Source: an uncultured cyanobacterium (lineage in GTDB: Bacteria > Cyanobacteriota > Cyanobacteriia > Cyanobacteriales > Nostocaceae). Taken from it: a DNA stretch of 64,000 bases. Shown here piece by piece: positions 11,007 to 21,373 of this stretch; position 1 is the stretch's first letter, and each line of letters starts with the position of its first letter. The stretch lies in contig CAVUDP010000004.1 in NCBI GenBank assembly GCA_963740315.1, positions 288,001-352,000 on the forward strand. Reading direction: 5' to 3'. Made by a program: the position numbers and the translations under genes. The notes beneath the pieces were generated by a model. It was given only the letters and a program-made list of their open reading frames with translations, was not told where the DNA came from and did not search any database.

Positions 11007-11070
11007 ACTTTTTTTTTCTTCTTATTCTTCTTCTTAATTTTCTACTAAGTTTGGTATTGAATCTTAACTT

Positions 11071-12126
11071 TTATTGAGGAGCTAATATCTTTGCTCCATC
11101 TTCTTCACTAGGAGTTGTTTCTTCAGTATTAGAGGAGTCGGAATCGGGAAGAGTTGTTTCTCCTGGCTGATTCATGTTGTTAGGGGAATCAGAATCAGGA
11201 GTTACGCTACCAGGCATTGGAGTGATGTTTATGGGAGCATCATCAACGCTTGGGGTTACTTCTTCTTCAGGAGTTATGCTACCTGGCATTGGAGTGATGT
11301 TTATGGGAGCATCATCAACGCTAGGGGTTGCTTCTTCTTCAGGAGTTACGCCATCAGGCATTGGAGTGATGTTTGTAGGAGCATCATCAACGTTAGGGGT
11401 TACTTCTTCTTCAGGAGTTATGCTACCTGGCATTGGAGTGATGTTTGTAGGAGCATCATCAACGCTAGGGGTTACTTCTTCTTCAGGAGTTATGCTACCA
11501 GGCATTGGAGTGATGTATGTAGGAGCATCATCAACGCTTGGGGTTACTTCTTCAGGAGTTGTACCAGGCATTGGAGTCATGTTTGTGGGAGTATCATCTT
11601 CTTCAGGAGTTACGCTACCAGGCATTGGAGTGATGTTTGTAGGAAGATCATCAACGCTAGGGATTGCTTCAGGAGTTACGCCACCAGGCATTGGAGTTAC
11701 GCCTTCTGGATTTGTACCTGGAAGAGGTGCGCCCGGTATTGGGGTTAAGCCTTCTGGAGTTGTACCTGGAAAAGGTGCGTCTGGTGCTGGAGTTACGCCT
11801 TCAGGAGAAGAATCTGGAAGAGGTGCGTCTGGTGCATCAATAGTATTTTCTGGGGAAGTGCTGTCTTCATTCGAGGGTGTTGCAGCGTTAGCGCCGGAGC
11901 AGCGGGAATTCAACGGGAAACGGGCACATAAAATTTCCATTGCATCTGGCGAAAGTTTTTCTTCCGCAGCTGCAACAATAGTGTCATCCGATTCTGAAAC
12001 TCTTGTTGGTTCTTCGCGCTCTGGAAAGTCTCGGCTAGGAAATTTAGTAGATTGAGCAACGGCAACAGTACTACTTAATGCTAAAGTCAAAGCTGTGCCA
12101 ATAAAGGTTAAAAATTTGCCCTTCAT
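11071..12126 (-). CDS. Secreted acidic Pro/Thr-rich repeat protein
   Basis: Signal peptide (..AVA-Q), short CARFPLNSRC motif, then 24-aa repeats TPSVDDAPTNITPMPGSITPEEEV; RBS-like GAGGAG upstream. Confidence 0.75.
   Translation of the reverse strand: MKGKFLTFIGTALTLALSSTVAVAQSTKFPSRDFPEREEPTRVSESDDTIVAAAEEKLSPDAMEILCARFPLNSRCSGANAATPSNEDSTSPENTIDAPDAPLPDSSPEGVTPAPDAPFPGTTPEGLTPIPGAPLPGTNPEGVTPMPGGVTPEAIPSVDDLPTNITPMPGSVTPEEDDTPTNMTPMPGTTPEEVTPSVDDAPTYITPMPGSITPEEEVTPSVDDAPTNITPMPGSITPEEEVTPNVDDAPTNITPMPDGVTPEEEATPSVDDAPINITPMPGSITPEEEVTPSVDDAPINITPMPGSVTPDSDSPNNMNQPGETTLPDSDSSNTEETTPSEEDGAKILAPQ
11200..11700 (-). repeat. Intragenic 72-bp tandem repeat (about 7 units, some shortened)
   Basis: Recurring ggcattggagtgatgttt...gcatcatcaacg...ggggttacttcttcttcaggagtta. 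Confidence 0.85.
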
Positions 12127-12576
12127 AATTATTCACTCCTCAAAAATAATGCCTCAGCCCATTTAATCAAACAAATGACTTTATAAAATCTGTCTAAATG
12201 GTGATGTCTATTTTTAAATTTATATATGTATTAACTTAAAAATGTAAAATTTTAATCATTCGTTTACAATTTGTTAGTTGATATATACGTATATTCTTTG
12301 TGTTGCTTTATTAGCGTATGAAGCCCAAAAGCATTAACACGCAAATACTGGAAAACAATCAAGTCATGACGTATCAATCAACTACAACTGTTATATAGCG
12401 ATCGAAACAACCGTACAAGCAATCAAAGCTAAGTACAGTTTTTGTATCATATACACATTGGAACAATTCCGTATTGCTAAACTTCATATATTCTTATGAT
12501 TAGAATGATGAAATAACAGCATTTTAGGGCAGCATTTTGCTCGATTATCAAATAATAACCGTGGTGTGAATAGCCC

Positions 12577-14844
12577 ATGAGTTCTCCGCAACCCCCCAAA
12601 AAGCCACAAACTTTGCTTGGTCAACTGACTCAAGCAGTTCAAACAATTCAAGCTCGGGTTGATTTTTCCAAGCTGGCGCTCAAGCCTAATGCCAGAGTTC
12701 CAGAACTATGGGTACAGGAGGCTGGAGCAACGAACGCTCAAATGTATCCCTTGCTTGGCGATCGCTATACGATCGGTCGCAGTTCCAAATCCTGCGATAT
12801 AGTTGTCCGAAATCCGGTTGTCAGCCAAATCCATTTGTCGTTATCGCGAGATTCGTCTGAACGCAAGCCGGTTTTTGTCATTAAAGATGAAAAGTCAACT
12901 AATGGCATTTATCGAGGTAAGCGTCGGATTGAATCTTTGGAATTGCGTCATGGTGATGTTCTGACTTTAGGACCACCCGAACTTGCTGCTTCGGTACGTT
13001 TACAATACGTAGATCCCCCACCGCTTTATGTCAAAGCTGCGACTTGGGGAGGGTTAGGAGTAGCCGGTATCAGCGCCTTACTATTAATGGTAATTGGTAT
13101 AGAATGGCTGAAATTTTCCGTGCGACCTTTACCCGCAGCGACTCAAGGTCCAGTAGTCGTTTACGCTGGTGATGGTGAAACACCCCTGCAAGAACCTCGA
13201 ACTACTACTCATGTAGATTTGAAAAAATTGTCCGATTTTGGACCTTACTTACCTTCAGCAATAGTTGCTTCGGAAGATAGCCGTTTTAATTGGCATTTCG
13301 GTGTTGACCCTTATGGTATTTTACGAGCCGTATTTATCAATACCCGTAGTGGTGATGTTCAACAAGGTGCTAGTACGGTTACTCAGCAAGTAGCTCGTAG
13401 TTTATTCCGAGATTATGTAGGTAGACAGGATTCTCTAGGACGCAAAGTACGCGAAGCAATTGTATCTTTAAAGTTAGAAACGTTTTACAGTAAAGACGAT
13501 ATTTTACTTAGTTACCTCAACCGGGTTTACTTAGGTGTAAATACTTCAGGCTTTGAAGATGCAGCGCGGTATTATTTTGACAAGTCAGCTAAAGAGTTAA
13601 CAGCAACAGAATCTGCTACTTTGGTGGGAATTTTACCAGCTCCTAACGGTTTTAATTTCTGCGGCGATACTCAAAGCAAGCGTAGAATTATATACTATCG
13701 CAACCGCGTGTTAAGGCGAATGCGCGAGATGGGCGATCTCAAACAAGATGAGTATAATCGCGCCAGACGTTCGCCGGTTGAAGTTAGCTCTAAGGTTTGC
13801 GAGCGTCAAGCTAAAAGAATTGCTCCTTATTTTTACAGTTATGTATTTAACGAGCTTGAATTTATCTTGGGAAAAGATTTAGCGGCTGAAGGAAATTTTA
13901 TTATTGAAACTCAGTTAGACCCAAAAATTCAAGCTGAAGCTGAAACGGAATTAACGAAGCATATCAAAAATGCTGGAGCAAGTTTTGGTTTTTCTCAAGG
14001 AGCTGTGGTTACTCTTGATTCGAGTACGGGTGGTATTTTAGCAATGGTTGGAGGTAACGATTATGCAACTAGTCAATTTAATCGCGCCTTTCAAGCAAAA
14101 AGACAACCCGGTTCCACTTTTAAAATTTTCCCATACACAGCTGCGATCGAAAAAGGAATTTCAACGGGAAAAAGCTATAGCTGTACTTCTGTAAGTTGGC
14201 AAGGTATTAGGTATAAGCCCTGTAGAAGTGGTGCTGGTTCCTTAACGCTTTCTACCGGATTTGGTCTTTCGGAAAACCCAATTGCTTTGCGAGTTGCTCA
14301 AGATGTTGGGCTGGATAATGTGGTTAAAATGGCAAAACGTTTGGGAGTACGTTCGGAATTAAACCCAGTTCCAGGCTTAATATTAGGGCAAAGCGAAACC
14401 ACCGTGTTAGAAATGACCGGAGCCTTCGCCGCCGTTAGTAATAGAGGTGTATGGAATCGTCCCCACGCCATCAAAAGAATTCTTGACAGCAGCGACTGTC
14501 GCGATCGCGATGATTTGACAACCTGTCGCGTCATTTATTCTTTTAATCAAGATCGAGAAGCCAATAAGCGAGTTTTGAGAACTGGAGTAGCCAATACAAT
14601 GATTGGTTTAATGCGTCAAGTAGTCGAAAGTGGTACGGGACGCAGTGCCGCTATCGGATTTGGAGAAGGTGGAAAAACTGGCACCACAGACAAAAACGTT
14701 GACTTGTGGTTTATCGGGTTTATTCCCAGTCGGCGACTTGCTACAGGTATTTGGTTAGGAAACGATAACAATTCTCCCACAAATGGTAGCAGCGCTCAAG
14801 CCGCTCAATTATGGGGAAGTTATATGGGTAAAGTTGTGAGATAA
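12577..14844 (+). CDS. Class A penicillin-binding protein with N-terminal FHA domain
   Basis: FHA motifs TIGRS, VSQIH, STNGI; TM helix; transglycosylase EDSRF, GASTVTQQ; transpeptidase PGSTFK, SEN, KTGT. Confidence 0.92.
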   Translation: MSSPQPPKKPQTLLGQLTQAVQTIQARVDFSKLALKPNARVPELWVQEAGATNAQMYPLLGDRYTIGRSSKSCDIVVRNPVVSQIHLSLSRDSSERKPVFVIKDEKSTNGIYRGKRRIESLELRHGDVLTLGPPELAASVRLQYVDPPPLYVKAATWGGLGVAGISALLLMVIGIEWLKFSVRPLPAATQGPVVVYAGDGETPLQEPRTTTHVDLKKLSDFGPYLPSAIVASEDSRFNWHFGVDPYGILRAVFINTRSGDVQQGASTVTQQVARSLFRDYVGRQDSLGRKVREAIVSLKLETFYSKDDILLSYLNRVYLGVNTSGFEDAARYYFDKSAKELTATESATLVGILPAPNGFNFCGDTQSKRRIIYYRNRVLRRMREMGDLKQDEYNRARRSPVEVSSKVCERQAKRIAPYFYSYVFNELEFILGKDLAAEGNFIIETQLDPKIQAEAETELTKHIKNAGASFGFSQGAVVTLDSSTGGILAMVGGNDYATSQFNRAFQAKRQPGSTFKIFPYTAAIEKGISTGKSYSCTSVSWQGIRYKPCRSGAGSLTLSTGFGLSENPIALRVAQDVGLDNVVKMAKRLGVRSELNPVPGLILGQSETTVLEMTGAFAAVSNRGVWNRPHAIKRILDSSDCRDRDDLTTCRVIYSFNQDREANKRVLRTGVANTMIGLMRQVVESGTGRSAAIGFGEGGKTGTTDKNVDLWFIGFIPSRRLATGIWLGNDNNSPTNGSSAQAAQLWGSYMGKVVR

Positions 14845-14861
14845 AAATATTGAGTTAGGAA

Positions 14862-14997
14862 TTAGGAGTAATCAAGGTCAAAGGTTAAAGGTTAAAGGTT
14901 AAAGGTCAAAGGTCTGCATGTTAAAATTCTTTTTATCTCCTTGTCCCTTTGTCCCCTTTTCCCCTTGTCTCCCCATCTCCTCCATCTCCTTGTCCCA
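14862..14997. repeat. STRR short tandem repeats (AAAGGT(C/T) and CCCCTTGT/CCCCATCT types)
   Basis: Visible heptamer/octamer runs between convergent genes. Confidence 0.8.
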
Positions 14998-14998
14998 A

Positions 14999-16417
14999 TT
15001 AACGGTATCCCTGCCAAGGTGTAACTTCCACTTCTCCACCGGGTTTAAATTCAACTTGAAATTGAGCTACTTGTTCTTTCTCTGCTGCATTTTTAGTATT
15101 ATCGCCTTGAAATAACTTGGGAATAGGCGTTTGTCGGAAATTTTCAAAGGCAGCTTTGTTTAAGGGTTCGTAATCGGCAATACTTCCATTTTGTCGAAGC
15201 GCTACTCGGTATTTCAAATCTTCCTTATAAGTCGCATTACTCCCCGAATTCTGACGAAGAGTTTCGGATAGTTTTTGGTTTAAATTAGAAACCGTGCTTT
15301 GGTCGGTAATGTTTGTCCCTATATTATCGGACTTATTAACGTATCCTAACCAGGGACTTACTTCCAAGACTCCCGATTCTCTAAAAACTACTTTAAATTG
15401 AGCAATCGGTTCGTTAGCGATCGCACTGTTGTTAGCAGGGTTATAAAGTAATGTCGGTAGGGGAGTTTTTTCAATAGCGGTGTTGGCTGTTTGGTCTATT
15501 GCTTTGTAACCGATAATCGCACCATCGCCAGCTACGCCCAGACGATAAACTGCTTCAGATGGCAAATCCTGACGATTCTTCCAAGCTTGATTGAGTTGTT
15601 GGTATACTTGAGAGTTCAACTTACGCAATCGCGATGCATTTTTGATTTCGGGAACTGAACCAACAAGTTTTTCTAAGTCCCTAACTACTGGGGATGTTCC
15701 CGGAGATTGCGTTGCCGGATCTGGGCTAACAGTCGTGTTGGGTGCGGTGGTAGGTTGAGTATCAGGATTAACAGCAGCAGTAGTAGAATTGGACTTTTCA
15801 CCGACTTCCACTGGTTGTCTAATCGGTGGCGCTGGCATTAAATTAAAAGCGATCGCAGCGGCAGCTAAACTGGTAAGTCCAACAGTTGCCGGTACTGCTT
15901 GTTCTAAGACTGCACCACTAACAGCACCATGTCGCCGAGCAACTGGTTGTAGTTCGAGCGTCAATTCTGGTAAAGTTTGAGTATCGGCAAAAAACTGATC
16001 TACTGCTTCTACCAAATCGAACAACTCTACTGAATTTAAATCAACTTCAACTGTCTGTTTGGCATTGCCACCATTATTTATATTCTCTTGAGCAATGTCA
16101 GAACGCACGCGCAATTTGTGTAGATTATTGTTAATTGTTTCTAGCTGTACTAATTCCGACTCGGAGTTATGGGCTTGTGGGTTAGAAACATTACTCAAAA
16201 ATTCTTGAGCATAGGCGCTGACTGCTCTTACCAAACTTTCAAAAAATTCCCTACCACCCGTTAAAGTCTGAGTATAACCAGATAAAGTGCATTCTGCATT
16301 TACCAAAATAGACAGTTCCGGGCGCATTTCCTGAAACTGTGTTGTTCTCGAAGCGTCGCTTAAACCTTCTAAAAGCAGCGTGCAATTAGGTAAACTATAC
16401 TTACGTTGAATATTCAT
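14999..16417 (-). CDS. Conserved cyanobacterial protein (DUF4335-like)
   Basis: N-terminus QRKYSLPNCTLLLEG, duplicated C-terminal domain ending VxPWxGY; 4-bp overlap with upstream DUF3038 gene. Confidence 0.7.
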   Translation of the reverse strand: MNIQRKYSLPNCTLLLEGLSDASRTTQFQEMRPELSILVNAECTLSGYTQTLTGGREFFESLVRAVSAYAQEFLSNVSNPQAHNSESELVQLETINNNLHKLRVRSDIAQENINNGGNAKQTVEVDLNSVELFDLVEAVDQFFADTQTLPELTLELQPVARRHGAVSGAVLEQAVPATVGLTSLAAAAIAFNLMPAPPIRQPVEVGEKSNSTTAAVNPDTQPTTAPNTTVSPDPATQSPGTSPVVRDLEKLVGSVPEIKNASRLRKLNSQVYQQLNQAWKNRQDLPSEAVYRLGVAGDGAIIGYKAIDQTANTAIEKTPLPTLLYNPANNSAIANEPIAQFKVVFRESGVLEVSPWLGYVNKSDNIGTNITDQSTVSNLNQKLSETLRQNSGSNATYKEDLKYRVALRQNGSIADYEPLNKAAFENFRQTPIPKLFQGDNTKNAAEKEQVAQFQVEFKPGGEVEVTPWQGYR

Positions 16418-17040
16418 TCCACTTCACCATCAAAAAGACTAATCCAGAAGCGCTGCATTCCGGCTGTTCCCGTACAGAAAAGTAACTGTGATAATAGATT
16501 TATAGCTAGTTCGTTTAGTTTCTCATCGGAATTAAGTCCCATTAATGCAGAACGTCTCTTATTCATACGGCTGCGGAAATGCGCTCGGAATCTTTCCAAA
16601 TAATTAGAAAGACGCAAATTTTGTTCCAAAGGAATCTGCTTTTGTGCCATCTGCTGATTTATCATTAACAATTGACGAATAACAACTATTAATCGTCTAG
16701 CTAAATAGCAGGCAATAACCACCAAAGCTTTTGCTTCCATAATGGTTAAAGGTCGGCGAATATTAGCTCTACGTAAAGGGTTAGTACTACGCATTCGCCA
16801 CAAATTTACCCGATCTTTGATAATTCCTTTCAGATCCAATTCTTGAGCAAATGCCAAAATGGCTTCACTGCCACCAAGATCCAAAGCTTCAATTGCAAGT
16901 AAAATCAGGTCTATTTGTTGTCTGGTTCGTCGGGGACATCCCTGTCCCTCTATAGCGGGGTCGGGAAGCGTGTCCAAAATCATGGGCAAATCTTGTTCTG
17001 CCAGATTGTTGAACGGCGTTAAAGGAGCGGAGACATTCAT
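16414..17040 (-). CDS. Conserved cyanobacterial protein (DUF3038-like)
   Basis: DLILLAIEAL, LWRMRSTNPLRR, LLFCTGTAGMQRFWISLFDGE. Confidence 0.75.
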   Translation of the reverse strand: MNVSAPLTPFNNLAEQDLPMILDTLPDPAIEGQGCPRRTRQQIDLILLAIEALDLGGSEAILAFAQELDLKGIIKDRVNLWRMRSTNPLRRANIRRPLTIMEAKALVVIACYLARRLIVVIRQLLMINQQMAQKQIPLEQNLRLSNYLERFRAHFRSRMNKRRSALMGLNSDEKLNELAINLLSQLLFCTGTAGMQRFWISLFDGEVE

Positions 17041-17706
17041 TTATGAGTTCCTTATAGGGCTGCTGTCCTAAAAATAACGGTAAAATTAATTAAACAATGC
17101 TAACGTTGGGCAAAGTATGTTGGTATATGGCAGTAATCCAACTGCCTGATATATACATTAATTACTATGATGATATCCAAGCTTTCCGTATACCGAAAAT
17201 CGAAGTTTTAAAGCATTTTTATTTCACCTTTCTGAAAATGGTAGTACAATTACAATCCATTATTTTAATTTAGATTCCAATATTCGTTGGTTTAATGACA
17301 TATTCAAAGCATATTGGGCTATCACGTTTGCCAGACAAAACGCATTAGCTCCACTATAGCCTAAACCTTTACGGGGGCGACTTTACAGCTAACGCCAACA
17401 ATTTGTAGCAATAACATCCGGAATGAATATACTTAAAGACTATAAACGGGGGCGAGTATTAACTTTATAGCAATTTTGTAGTCAATTCAATTATTTTGCC
17501 GCGACTGTTGGAGTAAAGTCATTTGTAAGAATACTGATTTACTAGCTTTTAAGCCACAATCAATATTAAAAGCAAAATATGTTAAATCGGGGGCAATAGA
17601 CTTTTATGCTTAATATAGTAAATTAATAAACGTCTAACAGTCAGTTTTCCCTAACTAAATTGTTGGGTAGCTAACGGGACTGTGCTAATTGTGACTCTTC
17701 TATATT

Positions 17707-18225
17707 ATGGATTTGAAATCTTTAATTCGCGACATTCCCGATTTCCCTAAACCCGGCATTTTATATCGAGATATCACTACTTTGCTGCGCGATGCCCAAG
17801 GATTAAAATACACCATTGACTTATTTACGCAAAAATGTATTGATGCTGGGATGACAGCAGATTTTGTAGTAGGGATGGAGTCACGAGGATTCATTTTTGG
17901 GGCACCTTTAGCTTATAAATTAGGAGCAGGTTTTATTCCCGTTCGTAAAAAAGGTAAATTACCAGCGCCGATTCATTCTATTGAATATGCACTAGAGTAT
18001 GGTACGGATTGTTTAGAAGTGCATCAGGATGCTTTGCAACCGGGAAGCAGAGTTTTAATCGCTGACGATTTAATTGCTACAGGTGGAACAGCTTGTGCTA
18101 CAGCCGAACTTATTCAAAAGGTAGGCTGTGAATTAGTCGGATTTGCCTTTATCATCGAGCTACAAGAATTACAAGGACGTAAAAAATTACCAGACGTGCC
18201 GATTGTAACTCTTGTTGAATATTAA
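17707..18225 (+). CDS. apt: Adenine phosphoribosyltransferase
   Basis: [31 protein letters not shown] motif [13 protein letters not shown]. Confidence 0.97.
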   Translation: MDLKSLIRDIPDFPKPGILYRDITTLLRDAQGLKYTIDLFTQKCIDAGMTADFVVGMESRGFIFGAPLAYKLGAGFIPVRKKGKLPAPIHSIEYALEYGTDCLEVHQDALQPGSRVLIADDLIATGGTACATAELIQKVGCELVGFAFIIELQELQGRKKLPDVPIVTLVEY

Positions 18226-18377
18226 GTCAGTGACCAGTGACTAGTGAACAGTGAACAGTGAACAGTGAACAGTAACCAGTTAGGAGTTAGGAGTTAGGAG
18301 TTAGGAGTTAGGAGTTTGTGAACTTTGATCTTTGACCTTATTACTTTAACCTTATTACTTTAACCTTATTACTTTAA
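18226..18377 (+). repeat. Compound STRR tract (CAGTGAA, GTTAGGA and 14-bp CCTTATTACTTTAA units)
   Basis: Directly visible tandem runs filling the intergenic space. Confidence 0.85.
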
Positions 18378-18380
18378 TCT

Positions 18381-19430
18381 ATGACTGCAACAACCTCAAA
18401 AAGCTTTTGGGAATCAAGTCGAGATTCGTTAGTTGGAATAGTTACTAGCGAAACATTTCTTTATGTTATCAAGCGACTATTGCAAGCGTTGCTGACGATT
18501 TTTTTAGCTTCGATAGTTTCTTTTGTAATTATTCAATTTGCTCCAGGTGATTATTTAGATAATTTGCGGCAAAATCCCAAAATTTCCCCAGAACGAATTT
18601 TGCAACTCCAACAACAGTTTGGTTTGGATAAACCTTGGCACATACAATATTTCCTGTGGCTGTGGCGAATTATTTCCAAGGGAGATTTTGGAACAAGTTT
18701 TGTCTATCAGCGTTCTGTAGCTTCACTGATTTGGGAACGAGTACCGGCGACTTTACTTTTAGCTATTACTTCTTTGATTTGCACTTGGGCGATCGCAATT
18801 CCTTTGGGTATCATCGCTGCTGTAAAACAAAACCAGGCTACTGACAGGATTTTACAAGTAATTAGTTATGCCGGACAAGGCTTTCCCAGCTTTATTACAG
18901 CTTTGTTGTTGCTGATTTTTGCTCAAATTACTGCTCCTCTGTTCCCGGTAGGAGGTATGACAAGCATTTATCATGCCGAACTTTCGCCTTTAGGAAAAGT
19001 TATTGATATTCTTTGGCATATGATTTTACCTACCATTGCTTTGAGTATCACTAGTTTTGCTGGATTGCAGCGGATTACTCGCGGGGAATTGTTGGATGTA
19101 TTGCGTCAAGATTACATTCAAACAGCCCGCGCCAAAGGATTACCAGAAAATCGCGTTATCTACGTTCACGCTCTCCGCAATGCCATCAATCCATTAATTA
19201 CCTTATTAGGTTTTGAATTATCAGCTTTATTAAGTGGTGCTTTTATTGCCGAATTTTTCTTTAATTGGCCCGGTTTGGGTAGATTAACTTTGCAAGCAGT
19301 AAGCTCTCAAGATTTATATGTATTAATGGCTAGTTTGATCATGGGCGCTGTACTATTAATTGTTGGTAATTTAATAGCAGACTTATTACTTAAAGTCGCC
19401 GATCCTCGGATTACTTTAGGAAAGTCATGA
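18381..19430 (+). CDS. Peptide/nickel ABC transporter permease (DppB/OppB family)
   Basis: APGD, FGLDKP, GDFGTS, DYIQTARAKGL, HALRNA, FNWPGLG, DPRI. Confidence 0.92.
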   Translation: MTATTSKSFWESSRDSLVGIVTSETFLYVIKRLLQALLTIFLASIVSFVIIQFAPGDYLDNLRQNPKISPERILQLQQQFGLDKPWHIQYFLWLWRIISKGDFGTSFVYQRSVASLIWERVPATLLLAITSLICTWAIAIPLGIIAAVKQNQATDRILQVISYAGQGFPSFITALLLLIFAQITAPLFPVGGMTSIYHAELSPLGKVIDILWHMILPTIALSITSFAGLQRITRGELLDVLRQDYIQTARAKGLPENRVIYVHALRNAINPLITLLGFELSALLSGAFIAEFFFNWPGLGRLTLQAVSSQDLYVLMASLIMGAVLLIVGNLIADLLLKVADPRITLGKS

Positions 19431-19588
19431 ACAATTATCAATGAACATTCACCGTTCACCCGCCAGGGTGCGGCTCAGGTGGGAGGTATATCAATGAACA
19501 ATTATCAATTAATAATTGGTATTACTCCTAACTTCTAACTCCTAACTCCTAACTGTTCACTGCTCACTGCTCACTGCTCACTGTTCTT

Positions 19589-19873
19589 ATGTTATCAGAA
19601 ACCTATTATTTAATCAGATCAAAAGCTAATGGTCGTTATTTAGCAGCACATCCGAATGAAGATGATGTATCTAATTTTGTGCTGCTGTTTCGCGAAAATT
19701 TTGATGCTTTGAGCTATATCAATACTCATGCTGGCGATTTAGCAAATCGGCTTGGTGTAGAAACTATTTCAGGTACTAATCTAAAAACTGTACTTCAACG
19801 ATGGAGTTTTAATGGTGTGGGTATTGTTACCGATCCTTTATTGCCTAAAATCGAATTTTTATTACAAAGTTAG
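19589..19873 (+). CDS. Conserved hypothetical cyanobacterial protein
   Basis: ATG-started 94-aa ORF with normal composition (LLFRENFDALSY, GIVTDPLLP). Confidence 0.65.
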   Translation: MLSETYYLIRSKANGRYLAAHPNEDDVSNFVLLFRENFDALSYINTHAGDLANRLGVETISGTNLKTVLQRWSFNGVGIVTDPLLPKIEFLLQS

Positions 19874-19898
19874 ATTGATAATTGGTAATTAATAATTG

Positions 19899-20477
19899 TT
19901 AATTGAAAATAAATTGCATATCTAAAATAAAGCCGGGTAAAATATCTTCTCCTGATAAAGTTGCGGGAGAATCTAATATTTCTACTTCTTTTCCTTGACG
20001 ATAAATTTCAACGCGGCGAGTTTTTCGATCGATTAACCAAGCCAATTTTATTCCCGCATCCATATACTCTTGCATCTTTTCTTGAGCATCGCTTAAATAA
20101 TCGGATGGGGACATTAATTCTAAAACGAAATCTGGAGCGATGGGAGGAAATTTTTCTCGCTGTTTTTGACTAAGAGCATTCCATCTTTCTAGTTTTATCC
20201 ATGATACATCTGGAGAGCGATCGCCACCGTTGGGAAGTTTGAAACAGGTGGAAGAATCGAATACAACTCCGAGTTTGGCTTGACGGTTCCAAATCACAAA
20301 ATCTCCAGTCATTGATGCATTATATTTTCCGGTTTCTCCTCCTGTTGGTGACATTACGATTATTTCTCCACATTGGTTACGCTCGAATTTGACATCAGGA
20401 TTGTCCCGACATAGTTGGTAAAATTGATCGTCGGTGAGTTTGACGATGCGATCGAAGTTAATAGTTATAGCCGTCAT
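19899..20477 (-). CDS. Uma2 family (DUF820) PD-(D/E)xK endonuclease
   Basis: MSPTGGETG, DRSPDVSW, APDFVLELMSPSD, KMQEY, WLID. Confidence 0.93.
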   Translation of the reverse strand: MTAITINFDRIVKLTDDQFYQLCRDNPDVKFERNQCGEIIVMSPTGGETGKYNASMTGDFVIWNRQAKLGVVFDSSTCFKLPNGGDRSPDVSWIKLERWNALSQKQREKFPPIAPDFVLELMSPSDYLSDAQEKMQEYMDAGIKLAWLIDRKTRRVEIYRQGKEVEILDSPATLSGEDILPGFILDMQFIFN

Positions 20478-20563
20478 GGTTAATAAACACAGACTGGTGT
20501 AGTTTGATTTTAACTTTGTTTGGAGTGCGCCGGGATATCTATAATCTACTTATAGTTATAATT

Positions 20564-20854
20564 ATGAGCCAGCAATACTATATCTATATAATGACAAATG
20601 AATATAATACTGTGCTTTATACAGGTGTTACTAATGATTTAATTAGAAGAGTTTACCAACACAAAGAAAAATTAATTGCTGGTTTTACAAAAAAGTACAA
20701 CGTTAATAAACTGGTTTATTACGAAATTTTTACCGATATTAATAATGCGATCGCACGAGAAAAACAAATCAAAGCTGGTTCCAGACAAAAGAAAATTGAT
20801 TTGGTAAATAGTATGAATCCACAATGGTGCGATTTGTACGACGGTTTATTGTGA
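20564..20854 (+). CDS. Stand-alone GIY-YIG nuclease (about 96 aa)
   Basis: YYIYIM...LYTGVTNDLIRRVYQHK, LVYYE, AIAREKQIK, NPQWCDL; start at ATG of MSQQYY. Confidence 0.92.
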   Translation: MSQQYYIYIMTNEYNTVLYTGVTNDLIRRVYQHKEKLIAGFTKKYNVNKLVYYEIFTDINNAIAREKQIKAGSRQKKIDLVNSMNPQWCDLYDGLL

Positions 20855-20884
20855 AACTGTCAACACCAACAAGTAATTGTCAAA

Positions 20885-20971
20885 CCGTCATTGCGACGAA
20901 GGAAGCAATCGCAACACCTTGACTATGAACAAGTTAATGTGATTGCTTCGTCGTTCCTCCTCGCAATGACA
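20885..20971 (+). repeat. Palindromic REP-like element (GTCATTGCGA...TCGCAATGAC family), complete copy
   Basis: Left arm CCGTCATTGCGACGAAGGAAGCAATC, 30-nt spacer, right arm GATTGCTTCGTCGTTCCTCCTCGCAATGACA. Confidence 0.9.
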
Positions 20972-20984
20972 AGGAAACGAAACC

Positions 20985-21369
20985 GTCATTGCGAGGAACG
21001 AAGCAATCCCAACACCCTCAACACCAACAAGCTAATATCAAACTGTCATTGCGAGGAACGAAGCAATCCCAACACCTTCAACACCAACGAATAATTATCA
21101 AACCGTCATTGCGAGGAACGAAGCAATCCCAACACCTTCAACACCAACGAATAATTATCAAACCGTCATTGCGAGGAACGAAGCAATCCCAACACCTTCA
21201 ACACCAACGAATAATTATCAAACCGTCATTGCGAGGAACGAAGCAATCCCAACAACTTCAACACCAACGAATAATTATCAAACCGTCATTGCGAGGAACG
21301 AAGCAATCCCAACACCTTCAACACCAACGAGCTACTGAGATTGCTTCGTCGTTCCTCCTCGCAATGACA
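20985..21369 (+). repeat. 60-bp tandem array of six left arms closed by one right arm of the same palindromic element
   Basis: GTCATTGCGAGGAACGAAGCAATCCC at 20985, 21045, 21105, 21165, 21225 and 21285; inverted arm at about 21339-21369. Confidence 0.95.
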
Positions 21370-21373
21370 AAAA

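Noticed and set aside
11174..12055. 293-aa plus-strand ORF
   Set aside because: Antisense shadow of the repeat protein, which has the signal peptide and RBS.
20985..21369. CRISPR array interpretation of the 60-bp periodic repeat
   Set aside because: The intervening segments are near-identical rather than unique spacers, the repeat is one arm of a dispersed palindrome, and there are no cas genes in the window.
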